Shown: positions 26,961 through 36,724 of the stretch, piece after piece | How positions within the stretch are numbered: position 1 is the first letter of the stretch | Layout: each line of letters begins with the position of its first letter | Source of the DNA: a virus | Strand: one strand, 5' to 3' | Virus record (IMG/VR): IMGVR_UViG_3300027782_000037 | Coordinates: 32,001-96,000 of that record | DNA: 64,000 nt | Translations under genes and position numbers: made by a program | Notes under the pieces: generated by a model | Told to the model about the DNA's origin: nothing | The model's input: the letters and a program-made list of their open reading frames with translations, nothing else | Database searches by the model: none

Positions 26961-28523
26961 CTAATACATGGCGGCGATGAAAGGTAATGGGGGAGTAATA
27001 TTTTCTCCATGATCCCTCATTTGCGTATCCATATCGGGGTGATACGTCTGTAATAGGATCATCATCCGTGTAACCAATATAGTGGCCATGACCAAATCAT
27101 CCGCAGACCCTGTTTTTGCTGCGTATCCAATGCCAGTTGCCACAAAGGTTTTAAGCTCAGATATTAGCGAACGACTGGTTATCGTCATCCTATTGGATTC
27201 TATCAAAGTTTTTAATTTGGCACAGGCTGTTAGTTTATTTTTATGGCTGGTATTGAATCCTTTGCGATATCTACCAGCGCCGCGAGTAGGATCTGACAAG
27301 AAATATCCCTTGATATTCTCTTCTCCGAACTGTTCAATAGATATAAGAGCTGCTTCACCAATAGTGTTGTTCTCTACCGAATAGTATATTGACTCTTCGT
27401 CCTTGGTAAACCCATAGATATACTTTACTACATCCGCAAGTATGCGCACCTGTTCGGGAATAGGGGTTCTATTGTGCTTCCATTCACCTATTTGATGAGT
27501 AGTATTAGCTTCAAAAATTTGTATAGCAGCAGTATCACCACCAGTACCCAAGGATGGATCAAGACCCACACAGTACATCTTACCGGCTTCTGGTTGTTTA
27601 TACCAACGTACTTGTGCAGTCTTGTAAATGGGCTCAATCCCTTCAAGTTCTATAAGTTTAGCCGGCGCAATCAGGGTCTCATCGTTAATAATGAACTCGC
27701 AGTCCATCTCCCGACGGAAGCGATCCTCACCTAATTGTGAACGTTGCTCTGCTGCCCACTTGTCATCTCTATCAGGATGCTCACGCCAATAGCTACGGAA
27801 AGCACGAAAGCCATTTATCCCCACTTGTTGGGGATTACCATGGCTGTCTTCCATTTTATTGGCACCTTTCCACAATAATGCAAACTGATCTTCGTCACTG
27901 TTTGGAGTGGAAGTTATAATACATTTACCACCAGTTGCTAATGTTGGGCTAATTGATGTCCAGAATTCCTGGGCGACACTGGGTCGTACGTGTGCGAACT
28001 CATCCGCATACAGTAGTGATATACTCATACCACGACCAGTGTTTTCAGTAGTGGTAGCTGATATAATGCGTGAGCCATTGTCAAAATCTATAGAGCCCAA
28101 GTTGTAGTTAGTGGCACCTGCACGAATATGATTGGGACAAAGCTCGTAAGCAAAACGAACACGCTTCATAATCTCTTGCGAACCATCATACTTGTGTGCT
28201 GATATAAGAATTGTTGAATCGGGTATAAACATAGCATACCATAGCAAGTATCCTGCTGCTGATGTGGACTTACCTGTTTGGCGCGGCATCATGGCAATAG
28301 CAAAACGATAGTTATGATACGAATCAATTAAGCGTACTTGGTATTCAAACGGACTATATAATTGACGACCCTGTGTAGGATGCTGAATATAGAAAAAGTT
28401 GCGCATGAAGTACTCGGGGCCGGTTACCGGATCAGCACATAGCGAAAATTCTTGCAGTTGTTTTTCTGTATATACTTCTTTTTTATAAGGCGTTTTTGCC
28501 AACGCCTGTGAATCATAACCCAT
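26961..28523 (-). CDS. terL: Terminase large subunit (T4 gp17-like; start corrected to 28523)
   Basis: PRQTGKST, LLYADEFA, TSTPN, GLDPSLGTGGD, DDLVMA; SD GGAGA before ATG(28523). Confidence 0.95.
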   Translation of the reverse strand: MGYDSQALAKTPYKKEVYTEKQLQEFSLCADPVTGPEYFMRNFFYIQHPTQGRQLYSPFEYQVRLIDSYHNYRFAIAMMPRQTGKSTSAAGYLLWYAMFIPDSTILISAHKYDGSQEIMKRVRFAYELCPNHIRAGATNYNLGSIDFDNGSRIISATTTENTGRGMSISLLYADEFAHVRPSVAQEFWTSISPTLATGGKCIITSTPNSDEDQFALLWKGANKMEDSHGNPQQVGINGFRAFRSYWREHPDRDDKWAAEQRSQLGEDRFRREMDCEFIINDETLIAPAKLIELEGIEPIYKTAQVRWYKQPEAGKMYCVGLDPSLGTGGDTAAIQIFEANTTHQIGEWKHNRTPIPEQVRILADVVKYIYGFTKDEESIYYSVENNTIGEAALISIEQFGEENIKGYFLSDPTRGAGRYRKGFNTSHKNKLTACAKLKTLIESNRMTITSRSLISELKTFVATGIGYAAKTGSADDLVMATILVTRMMILLQTYHPDMDTQMRDHGENITPPLPFIAAMY

Positions 28524-28524
28524 G

Positions 28525-28791
28525 TTATCTTCTCCGTGGAAAAAGAGCGTACCACGCGGGTGTACCGGGACGTATACCTGTAGATTTTGCGTATTCAAGT
28601 TCTGGAGATATTTTGGCCTTTTGTCTCTCGGCTGTGATACGATTGTATTCGGCTAATCGTGCTTGGCTACCTAATCCACCTAATTGCCCAGCAATCAATA
28701 ATTCATGTATAGGGTCATCTGGTTCAAGGTAGCAATCATTGTCACTACTTTGCACCAAATTTTCTGTTGTAATCCTATATTGTTTAGTCAT
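28525..28791 (-). CDS. Hypothetical protein (C-terminal GIRPGTPAWY motif)
   Basis: 88-aa ORF from ATG 28791, overlapping the nuclease stop. Confidence 0.7.
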   Translation of the reverse strand: MTKQYRITTENLVQSSDNDCYLEPDDPIHELLIAGQLGGLGSQARLAEYNRITAERQKAKISPELEYAKSTGIRPGTPAWYALFPRRR

Positions 28792-29596
28792 TGGAACCAC
28801 ACTTAGCACGTTTTGCCTGTGTTAATTTACCATAATCTACGGGCCATTCTTTGCCCGGGGCTAATTCGGTAGCGGTTGTTGGGAACGCATACTTAACTCC
28901 GGCGGTCTGCATAATCTGTGCCACGGAAACACGAAATTTAGTTAGGTCATTTCCTAAATTAGGATAAGGGGCAACATGCGGAAACTCCCATGCGGCAACT
29001 TCATTTGTTTGATTATTGATAACAATTTTATAAAAGCCATGTGGGACAACTACGCCATTGCCAATAGTTTTATTACCGGGTCCGTATAGTCCGCCAGTTA
29101 TAACAGTATATGATTGATTAAGTTGCACTGTCCATCCACGTATAGATGCTTCAAGTAATTTCCAAATTCCACGATTCAATGATCCTGCTTGCGGGCTCAT
29201 GTTGGTCATTAGGAACGATTCAAATTCAACTTGTGTGTCCCAGGATAAATCACCATCAGGTGCCATGTGTCCCTTATCATATCCAGTTGCTATGTAATCG
29301 TCGGGTCGAGGCCCGTTTGGTATAGATTGGTCAGTAACAAAAGCATTAGTGCGTGCGACACAACCCAATGCGTTAGGTGGGGTAAGTTCGTACATTACAA
29401 ACTCTGGTATTTTAGCTGCTGCGTCATATCCCACTAGGTACGCTTGTCTGCAAATTGGTTGCAGTTGTCTAGAACTTTGCGGAAATCCGTATGGGGCATG
29501 TACTTGGCACGCTGACACTGTGTTAGGCTCACGTTGGTTCCAGGCAAATACAGTAGATGACAATACTGCTAGTAATACAACAACTATTTTTTTCAT
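28784..29596 (-). CDS. Secreted DNA/RNA non-specific endonuclease (NucA/EndoG family)
   Basis: Signal peptide MKKIVVVLLAVLSSTVFA; YDKGHMAP, TNMSPQ, LNRGIWKLLE, VPHGFYKIV. Confidence 0.92.
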   Translation of the reverse strand: MKKIVVVLLAVLSSTVFAWNQREPNTVSACQVHAPYGFPQSSRQLQPICRQAYLVGYDAAAKIPEFVMYELTPPNALGCVARTNAFVTDQSIPNGPRPDDYIATGYDKGHMAPDGDLSWDTQVEFESFLMTNMSPQAGSLNRGIWKLLEASIRGWTVQLNQSYTVITGGLYGPGNKTIGNGVVVPHGFYKIVINNQTNEVAAWEFPHVAPYPNLGNDLTKFRVSVAQIMQTAGVKYAFPTTATELAPGKEWPVDYGKLTQAKRAKCGSND

Positions 29597-29611
29597 ATAT
29601 GCTCTACGGTC

Positions 29612-30445
29612 TTAGGGTTTAAAATGTTGCCTATTTTTAAGCCATTCAGCTTCTGCTTGTCGTCGTATTGCATCTCGTTCTGCTTCGGCCTTGGCGTCAG
29701 CTGCTCGTTTCTTGGGCAGTTCATTTTGATACCAATCAATATAACTAAGCGCAGTATTATTTAAGTACCACGCAACATCTTTATATGTTTTTAATTTTTC
29801 AAACGCCTTGGGATCTATTTTTCTAAATGGTCCATCTTTTTTAGCTATCAGTGTTTTGTTCTCTTTACCAGCAAATTTAGTGAAAAATTGTTCCAGGTCC
29901 AGTTGATAATATGTATTGCAATCGAATATTAGTTCATTTTTAATAAACTCCGTGGGCCAAGCATGTACATATGTTGCCGCCCATTTTTCTGCGTCGTCCA
30001 CCATTGAGCCTGTATTATTCTGCATACGAATTCTTTCTTCTTCGGAGGGATCTAATAAAGATTGGCCACCTAAATCCACAATCCTAGGACTCCAGTAGGG
30101 TGTAACATCATCCACGGGAATAAAGATACCTGCACGCCCATGGAATTGAAATATATTGTCATGCGGAGTCATCTGCGTGAACACCGGATATTTTATGTCC
30201 AATAGACTTAATATTGCATCCTGCCCTCTTTTACCCATACCGCCTTTTATTCCGGCAAACTGAGTGTCACTATTATCTACTTTAAGTAGCAATACTTCTG
30301 CAACTCTATGTTTGAATGCACGGAATAACAGCGGGTGGTTGCCTATTCGTTCGCATAATTGTGCTGCCACCTTGATACGATTTTTAAAATGTTCGATATC
30401 ATCCGCACGATTAATTAATTCTGGTAAAAATTCTCTTGATCTCAT
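29612..30445 (-). CDS. Probable internal head protein; candidate ADP-ribosyltransferase fold
   Basis: Capsid-targeting-like start MRSREFLPE; LLFRA...VFT...HG..IFIP...YWSP.IVDL...NELIF.C..YY pattern. Confidence 0.45.
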   Translation of the reverse strand: MRSREFLPELINRADDIEHFKNRIKVAAQLCERIGNHPLLFRAFKHRVAEVLLLKVDNSDTQFAGIKGGMGKRGQDAILSLLDIKYPVFTQMTPHDNIFQFHGRAGIFIPVDDVTPYWSPRIVDLGGQSLLDPSEEERIRMQNNTGSMVDDAEKWAATYVHAWPTEFIKNELIFDCNTYYQLDLEQFFTKFAGKENKTLIAKKDGPFRKIDPKAFEKLKTYKDVAWYLNNTALSYIDWYQNELPKKRAADAKAEAERDAIRRQAEAEWLKNRQHFKP

Positions 30446-30843
30446 CTTCTTTTGTAGCCTTTAAATGCTACCACTGGGCTTTTTAGAACGGTATCCGTTA
30501 ACTCATCGCTGGTTTTAGTACTTACCAATTTTTTGTCAGATGCCGGTAATCCCATGTCTTTGAGTGCCATATCAATCCATTTACCAATATCGGGATCAGA
30601 TGATATAACGATTTCGTTTTCTCCCCAACTAGATGTAGGATCAAACTCTGGATCGCCTTCTGCTTTTCTTGCTGCTTTTCCCTTAGCACCGGCCAGTGCT
30701 ACACTAAATCTATATTGCATGTAAGCGTTTTGATTTTGTAGTGCTGGAATAATATAGGTTGCAGGTAAACTACGGGCGACATCTGCGTGTATAGATCCCT
30801 TGTCAAAACTTGCATCTTCCGAGATAAATTCACGGGCTCTCAT
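30442..30843 (-). CDS. Probable internal head protein, paralog of the next gene
   Basis: MRAREFISE start; ends SPVVAFKGYKRR. Confidence 0.65.
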   Translation of the reverse strand: MRAREFISEDASFDKGSIHADVARSLPATYIIPALQNQNAYMQYRFSVALAGAKGKAARKAEGDPEFDPTSSWGENEIVISSDPDIGKWIDMALKDMGLPASDKKLVSTKTSDELTDTVLKSPVVAFKGYKRR

Positions 30844-31217
30844 CTGCGTTTATATCCTTTAAATGCTACTACTGGACTTTCCGTGTTTGTTGATGCTAAT
30901 TCTTCACTATCTAAATCACCGTCATTTAAATCTTCATACTCTACTCCGGCAGCTTTATATGCCAATTTAAGCATAGCCTGTTCTTCTTTAGTATAGGCAT
31001 GCGCAGTATTGTGTTTACCTACCCAACTTTCAGCATCCATTTTTATAGGATTTATTCCATCACTACTTGCTACCGCCATCATTACACGATTTAAATCATA
31101 TAGTTTATCATAGGTATCCATTCTCTTTGCGAACACATTTAACCCGCGAGTAGATTGTTGTTGGCGTTTGCTAATTTTGCCGGAGGCATTCTCAGCAATA
31201 AACTCACAGGCTCGCAT
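30840..31217 (-). CDS. Probable internal head protein
   Basis: MRACEFIAE start (compare T4 IPIII MKTYQEFIAE); ends SPVVAFKGYKRR. Confidence 0.65.
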   Translation of the reverse strand: MRACEFIAENASGKISKRQQQSTRGLNVFAKRMDTYDKLYDLNRVMMAVASSDGINPIKMDAESWVGKHNTAHAYTKEEQAMLKLAYKAAGVEYEDLNDGDLDSEELASTNTESPVVAFKGYKRR

Positions 31218-31219
31218 AA

Positions 31220-31708
31220 TTAGCTTTGCCCGTTTACGCCTGCGGTAGCAGATGAAGCAGTTCCTAATTCACGAGCAGTAAAGTTAGCACCAGTGATGGT
31301 CAAGTAATTACCAGCACCGACAAAAATCTGTTGACGACTATTTGCTGATATTTGTGGTGCAGCAGAATATAAATTACCGTTAGGTGGTGTAGTCACAGTA
31401 AAGACATTGGTGGCATTTGCGGTAGCATTAGCACTTAGGGTCACACTGGTAAATGGAATCTGCGAAGCTATAGTTGCTCCGCCAGGAATTCCAGTGCCAG
31501 AAATTGCACTACCTGCAGGCAATGTCATCGCTGCACTGGTAGTGATAACATTGCTGAGATTAGCAGTAGTGCCACTAAATGTAATTTGTGGTGGCAACGC
31601 AACCTGATAAACGTTATATGTGACAGCAGTATTGCCTGTAACAATTTCACATTTATCAGTGTACCAAATTACATTTGATGCCGATGTTAGTACATTTGCC
31701 TGTGCCAT
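31220..31708 (-). CDS. Virion structural protein (Thr/Ala-rich, beta)
   Basis: SD GGAG; contains an ISGTGIPGGATI-type beta module. Confidence 0.6.
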   Translation of the reverse strand: MAQANVLTSASNVIWYTDKCEIVTGNTAVTYNVYQVALPPQITFSGTTANLSNVITTSAAMTLPAGSAISGTGIPGGATIASQIPFTSVTLSANATANATNVFTVTTPPNGNLYSAAPQISANSRQQIFVGAGNYLTITGANFTARELGTASSATAGVNGQS

Positions 31709-34700
31709 TTATACTCCCTTATTTTCTATCGCAGAAATAGTTTTATACAAATCTATCATACGTTCGCCTTCAGTTACATGACTATGTAAACGTTTGACCT
31801 GACTCGCCACAACAGGTGTTGTTGTCTGCCCAGTTGTTTTGGCACCGTTTAATCCACCTGAAAGATTTTGTGTCATCATCCGTGTATCGGCTTTAACCTG
31901 ATTAGTTGGATAGTCTGGAGCGTTTGTTGTAACTGGAGCAACCGCTTCTGCAATACCAGCTAACTCACGTAACCGTTGGTTTTCTGAGTTACGCTGTATT
32001 GATTCCGACGTTGGTGCATTAGCTTGAGAGCCTGTATATTGTTGCTTAATAAGTCTGTCAGCGGTTTCTTTAGGACCGGCGCCGGCAAAGTATCCTATGT
32101 CTTCTGGGAACCAAGCAGCAGTTCCTCGAATAGTTTTATATACGTAACGTTTACCTTTAATCCAGAATGGAACCTTTTTATCAGCTTGTGGTGGGATTTC
32201 TTCTGGTTTAGTTACCTGGGTAGCGTTGAATGGAATACTAGGGCCTCCTGTATCCGGACCGTCGGCGGCATCCGCTGTCGCGGCCGCCATGTTGGCAGCA
32301 TCATAGCCCGCACCAGCACCGCCACCACCAGGGCCGCTTGTATCCGGACCGTCTGCGGCGCCTGCGGTAGCGGCAGCTTGTGCAGCATCGGCAGCTCTGT
32401 TAGCACCTACTTGCATCGCGGCACCTGCATCGGCATCTGCCGCGTCAGCAGAAGCACCAGCTTGATCTGCACTGCTACTGGCTGTGCTACCTGTTGGGAA
32501 TAGACCATGATATTGATTAATTAAAGAACTAAGTTCTGGATCAGGTTGTTCAGTGTTACCTAACTCCTTGTACAGGGTCTCTATTTCTTTCTTTTCCGCA
32601 TCATTCAAATCTTCCAGCAATCTCATTTTATTAAGGAAATGACTAATACTTTCGGTATAACCTTGAGGCGTCGCTGCGTTAAACGGTTCAGCTGGCGCTG
32701 GGGGAGTTGATGGATTTCCAGGATAGGTTCCAGGATTATAATGGGGATCAGATGCTGCGGCCGCAGTTATAGAATCAGGACGTTTGCGTGCTTGCGCCAA
32801 TAGTTCCTTGAATCGTGCAATCTTGTCAGCTTGTGACTTAGCGGCTGGTGCTGCGGCTGGTGCTGCGGCTGGTGCTGCGGCTGGTGCTGCGGCTGGTGCT
32901 GCGGCTGGTGCTGCGGCTGAAACTTTTGCCATTTTTGCTTTAGACTCTGGTCCCCAAATACCGTCTGGTGCTGCGCCTATTTCATTTTGTTTTGCCACAA
33001 CAGCGGCTTTAGTTTTTTGTCCAAAGTCACCATCTTGGTCTTCGGGTTTCATTCCTAGCAGTTTCTGCAGAGCCTTAACTTCCGGACCTTTACTTCCCAC
33101 TGCCAACAAACCACCAGCTGCTGCTGGGGCTGCTGGTTTCGCTGCGGCTGCTGGCGCTGCTGTCTGACCGCGTGGGCCTTGATTAACTCCGTCAGCGGCA
33201 CCAGCAACAGCCTGCGCCTGAGCCTGTGGGGTAACCTTGGCACTACCATCAGGATTAGCATCGTTAATACCTGCGGCACGACCCCAGCCACTACCGTCCG
33301 CCATTGCACTAATAATATGCTGATCGGTAGGATCTGCGCCGCCAATCTTTTGTTTCATTTGCGGACTTAATTTAGCATAGGCGGCTGCTTGCGGGCTACC
33401 AGCAGGCCAGGGACCGTTTGGGCCCGTAGCTGCCGGCGCTGCTTCATCTATTTCTATGAAATCGGAAGGCATACCTTGTGATCCATGCATGTGTTCCGCA
33501 TCATCATCGCCGCCGACACCCATGCTGTGCAGTAATTCTTTAATACGAGCAACATCATCACCACTTACATCGATAGTAATGTGTTCATCTTCTTCACCTT
33601 CGTCACCTTTGGTTGAATTGGTTGTGATGTTGATACTTTCAGATAGCATAGTGTTGTACTTACGATTCCATGAATCATAAATTCCTTTACCTACACTCAT
33701 GCCACCTGAAGATTTGCCACCTGCCGCTGGAGCCACCGAACCGGAAGTTGTTGTTTCTTCAACTTTCTTTTCTTTTTTATCTTTCTTTTTGCCGCCTTCT
33801 TCATCCTTACCTAAACGACCAGCAACAACATCACCTCGTGTTACTTTGTCATAGGGTTTAGCATTATTCGCTAAATTACCATCGCCTTTGCCTTCTTCAG
33901 TTTTTTTAGCTGGTTTATCACCTTCCTTGGCTTTTTTGGTAGGCTTATCACTGCCCTTGGCCGGCGCGGCAGGCTTGGCTGGTGACTTAGACTTGTTGGC
34001 TTTGATAGCTTTGTCTACTGACCCAGCATGTTCTGCTTTGCCAGATTCTTTTTTGCCATCACCATCGTAGTCTTTTTTAGCTTTAGCACCGCCAACTACT
34101 TTGGCTATGCCGGCTGCTTTTCTAGCAGCAGGAGCTACGTTATTCACAAAATGACCCATACCTTGTTTTACAGCTTCTAAATCAATTTCACGACCTCGAC
34201 CATGCCCTGGCATTGATTGGCCACAATGTGGACATTCGCCACGACCTTCATCCATTTCTTTTGATCGAGCATGTTTAGGAACGTGTGTACCCGCTAAACG
34301 AGCACCACCACCGCCTTTACTGCCAGCAGGACGTCCACGCTTACGGGGGCCATCTGAACTTGCTACTGGTTTTTCAACTTCATCGCTGTCAAACGGAACT
34401 TCTTTGCGCTTACGTGTGTAAACTGTTCCGCCTGCTGGGCTTCTGTCACGACTATATGCAGAATCTAAATCAGCAGTTGGCTTTCCAAATTTTGAATCAT
34501 ATTCATCTGATCCTGGGAACATACTTCCTTCAAATTCCATGCCATTGTGTGCATCAGCAGCACCCGGACGGCCATTGTATGGGCGACTGGTTGAACGCGA
34601 TTTTGGATTAGCAGGTGCAATTTTATTTTTTAAATAACTTAAAATATCCTCTTCTGATTCGTCCAGAGGAGCAGGTTGGTTCTTAGGTTCGTCGTTACAA

Positions 34701-36082
34701 TGCACTGGGCATTCATCTTGTCCCAATGTCTTGCAGCAGCACTTGAGTTTGGCTTTCTTGCCAGCGCCAGTCTTTTTCATTGACTCGGATAGTGATCTAG
34801 GTTTACTGCCGGATGCCACGACTTCGTAATCATCAGGATCTGTATCGAAATGTTTTCCACATAGTCTGTCTATCGCATGGCCTACCGATTGCCCAAGAAC
34901 ATTTCTTGCTACTAATTTCCAGGACGGCATTCCATGGCGTTCGGTCCACATATAAATGTCTTTCAACTCATTATAGTCATGTGTTTCGTCTAGGTCAGTC
35001 ATAACTGGCGGCTGACCAGTGTCTCTCTGGCCAACACGTCTCTTTGCTGTACGTTGATTCTTTTGCGCTCGCAGTCTGGCAATTGCCGCATCATCCCAGT
35101 CTTTATTTCTAGGATTCATATCTTTTGGTTGTTCACCGTGCATATCACATTCTCCCATGGCACATTCCGCACATTCCTCACCTTCTGCCATACCTTGTTG
35201 GCCACCTTTTGCTCGGGCTTGTTCTCTAGTAGGACTGAATCCTTCTGCTCGTGCTTGTGCATGTTGGCTAGGATAAACTGATGCTTTCATTAACTTACCA
35301 TCTATAACGATATACCAGTCAGATGGATCTAGATCATGACGCTCATCATCTTCTCGATCTCTTGCGCCGCCAACACCACGGAAACCACGGTCTGCTTCAT
35401 CAATATTACCATGTCTGTTATCATGCATATGTCGGTCGTTCATACCCACAAGAATTTCTTCAACTACACTAGCAGAACAATCTAAATCCATAGCAATAAT
35501 ATCTGTTAATTCGCCAATGGCCTCATCTGATATAGGGAATTCTATGCCCTTGTGTTTTACTGCCTGCTCTACCTCAGAATACCAAGAGTCCACCAACTCT
35601 GCATGTTGATCATCAGGATCTCTATCGTAGTCGCCGCCGCCTTGATGCCAAATAGAGTTTGGATCAGATAATTCTCTGGGATCATGCCCCCATTCGTTAA
35701 CTTTTTTCTTACCTTTGCCTTGTATGTTAAGGGCAAAGTTAGCACGTTTCTTTTCTAGAGGAGTACCCGATTTCTTAAGACTGTTTAATTTTTTGTCGCC
35801 AATTTTCTTGTCTTGTGGAATACCTTCTTGCTTATGTAAGGCACCTTTCTTGACTGTTGTAGCAGCTTTGCTCAATGACTTGTCTTTTGCTTCTAGAGTA
35901 TTGCTACCATACGCACCGCCGGTGCCATCTTCCATAAGACTACGTAAGTCTGTACGTAATGCTTCTTCAAGTGTCTTTTTAGCAGGTGATTTGGCGGCAA
36001 CAGTTCGTGTTTCAACTAATGGTGTCTTGGGTTCAGCACCGATGCTGGTTAGTCTTTTGTTTAGGTCATAAAATGGGTTCAT
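31709..36082 (-). CDS. 1457-aa modular prohead-core or internal protein with a peptidoglycan-binding domain
   Basis: PG-binding-1 (LAVGSKGPEVKALQKLL...DGDFGQKT...DGIWGPES), AT-hook RKRGRP, DYDGDG motif, Cys clusters and many hydrophobic-x-E sites. Confidence 0.65.
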   Translation of the reverse strand: MNPFYDLNKRLTSIGAEPKTPLVETRTVAAKSPAKKTLEEALRTDLRSLMEDGTGGAYGSNTLEAKDKSLSKAATTVKKGALHKQEGIPQDKKIGDKKLNSLKKSGTPLEKKRANFALNIQGKGKKKVNEWGHDPRELSDPNSIWHQGGGDYDRDPDDQHAELVDSWYSEVEQAVKHKGIEFPISDEAIGELTDIIAMDLDCSASVVEEILVGMNDRHMHDNRHGNIDEADRGFRGVGGARDREDDERHDLDPSDWYIVIDGKLMKASVYPSQHAQARAEGFSPTREQARAKGGQQGMAEGEECAECAMGECDMHGEQPKDMNPRNKDWDDAAIARLRAQKNQRTAKRRVGQRDTGQPPVMTDLDETHDYNELKDIYMWTERHGMPSWKLVARNVLGQSVGHAIDRLCGKHFDTDPDDYEVVASGSKPRSLSESMKKTGAGKKAKLKCCCKTLGQDECPVHCNDEPKNQPAPLDESEEDILSYLKNKIAPANPKSRSTSRPYNGRPGAADAHNGMEFEGSMFPGSDEYDSKFGKPTADLDSAYSRDRSPAGGTVYTRKRKEVPFDSDEVEKPVASSDGPRKRGRPAGSKGGGGARLAGTHVPKHARSKEMDEGRGECPHCGQSMPGHGRGREIDLEAVKQGMGHFVNNVAPAARKAAGIAKVVGGAKAKKDYDGDGKKESGKAEHAGSVDKAIKANKSKSPAKPAAPAKGSDKPTKKAKEGDKPAKKTEEGKGDGNLANNAKPYDKVTRGDVVAGRLGKDEEGGKKKDKKEKKVEETTTSGSVAPAAGGKSSGGMSVGKGIYDSWNRKYNTMLSESINITTNSTKGDEGEEDEHITIDVSGDDVARIKELLHSMGVGGDDDAEHMHGSQGMPSDFIEIDEAAPAATGPNGPWPAGSPQAAAYAKLSPQMKQKIGGADPTDQHIISAMADGSGWGRAAGINDANPDGSAKVTPQAQAQAVAGAADGVNQGPRGQTAAPAAAAKPAAPAAAGGLLAVGSKGPEVKALQKLLGMKPEDQDGDFGQKTKAAVVAKQNEIGAAPDGIWGPESKAKMAKVSAAAPAAAPAAAPAAAPAAAPAAAPAAKSQADKIARFKELLAQARKRPDSITAAAASDPHYNPGTYPGNPSTPPAPAEPFNAATPQGYTESISHFLNKMRLLEDLNDAEKKEIETLYKELGNTEQPDPELSSLINQYHGLFPTGSTASSSADQAGASADAADADAGAAMQVGANRAADAAQAAATAGAADGPDTSGPGGGGAGAGYDAANMAAATADAADGPDTGGPSIPFNATQVTKPEEIPPQADKKVPFWIKGKRYVYKTIRGTAAWFPEDIGYFAGAGPKETADRLIKQQYTGSQANAPTSESIQRNSENQRLRELAGIAEAVAPVTTNAPDYPTNQVKADTRMMTQNLSGGLNGAKTTGQTTTPVVASQVKRLHSHVTEGERMIDLYKTISAIENKGV
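32841..32919. repeat. 12-bp tandem repeat (GCGGCTGGTGCT x6.6) encoding a (PAAA)n linker
   Basis: Perfect tandem copies visible directly in the sequence. Confidence 0.95.
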
Positions 36083-36087
36083 TACTA

Positions 36088-36699
36088 TTATCCTTTAGTT
36101 TTTGCGCCGGTTGCTGGGCGTTTGGGTCTTTTTTCTGCATGAGTTAGTGGACTAGTATTGCCCATTTTCAAGTCATTCGTTGTTTCCGCTGCCTTAGGGC
36201 TACCGCCGGCAATAGTAAAGTTTGAACGATATGCATTTTTTAATACAGCGTGATCATACGGATCAGCCGAATAATCTTTCTTCTGTTCTTTCTGTGCTTT
36301 GTCATCTGCTGGATAATCAGTATCATCTAGCAATGATGGCGGTTGATCTGCCAGTTTTTTCTGATAGTCATCGTTATTATCATCATATACAGATGTCTGC
36401 ATAACAATTTTATTTTCATCTAACCCAAGTAAACGAGCGATCTGTTTGATCTGTGGCTCAATTGCTGGGTAACGAAACATAACATCTATACTGGTGACTT
36501 TATCGTTTTCAAATGCTGGAAAATCAGCAGGCTTTGCTTGAATGGGCGTGGATTTTTCAGTACCAATTTTAAGTGGATCAAATTGTTCCAGACGTCCCTT
36601 CAGCGCATCGTAGAAACCCGAGGGCAATTCACCTACTATCTTAATGCGATAGTTATAGGTTCTTTCGCTTTCTGCCAAATACTCTTTAAAATTTTTCAT
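36088..36699 (-). CDS. Probable virion protein with a capsid-targeting-like N-terminus
   Basis: MKNFKEYLAE; late promoter 36717-36722; SD AGGA. Confidence 0.65.
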   Translation of the reverse strand: MKNFKEYLAESERTYNYRIKIVGELPSGFYDALKGRLEQFDPLKIGTEKSTPIQAKPADFPAFENDKVTSIDVMFRYPAIEPQIKQIARLLGLDENKIVMQTSVYDDNNDDYQKKLADQPPSLLDDTDYPADDKAQKEQKKDYSADPYDHAVLKNAYRSNFTIAGGSPKAAETTNDLKMGNTSPLTHAEKRPKRPATGAKTKG

Positions 36700-36724
36700 G
36701 ATTAATTCCTATAGTATATTTATG

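Noticed and set aside
1-28523. Introns or inteins in nrdA, nrdB, helicase, uvsW, uvsX or terL
   Set aside because: All are continuous and of normal length, with no splicing motifs or embedded homing endonucleases.
32841-32919. Phase-variation switch at the 12-bp tandem repeat
   Set aside because: The unit length is a multiple of three, so slippage changes only linker length.
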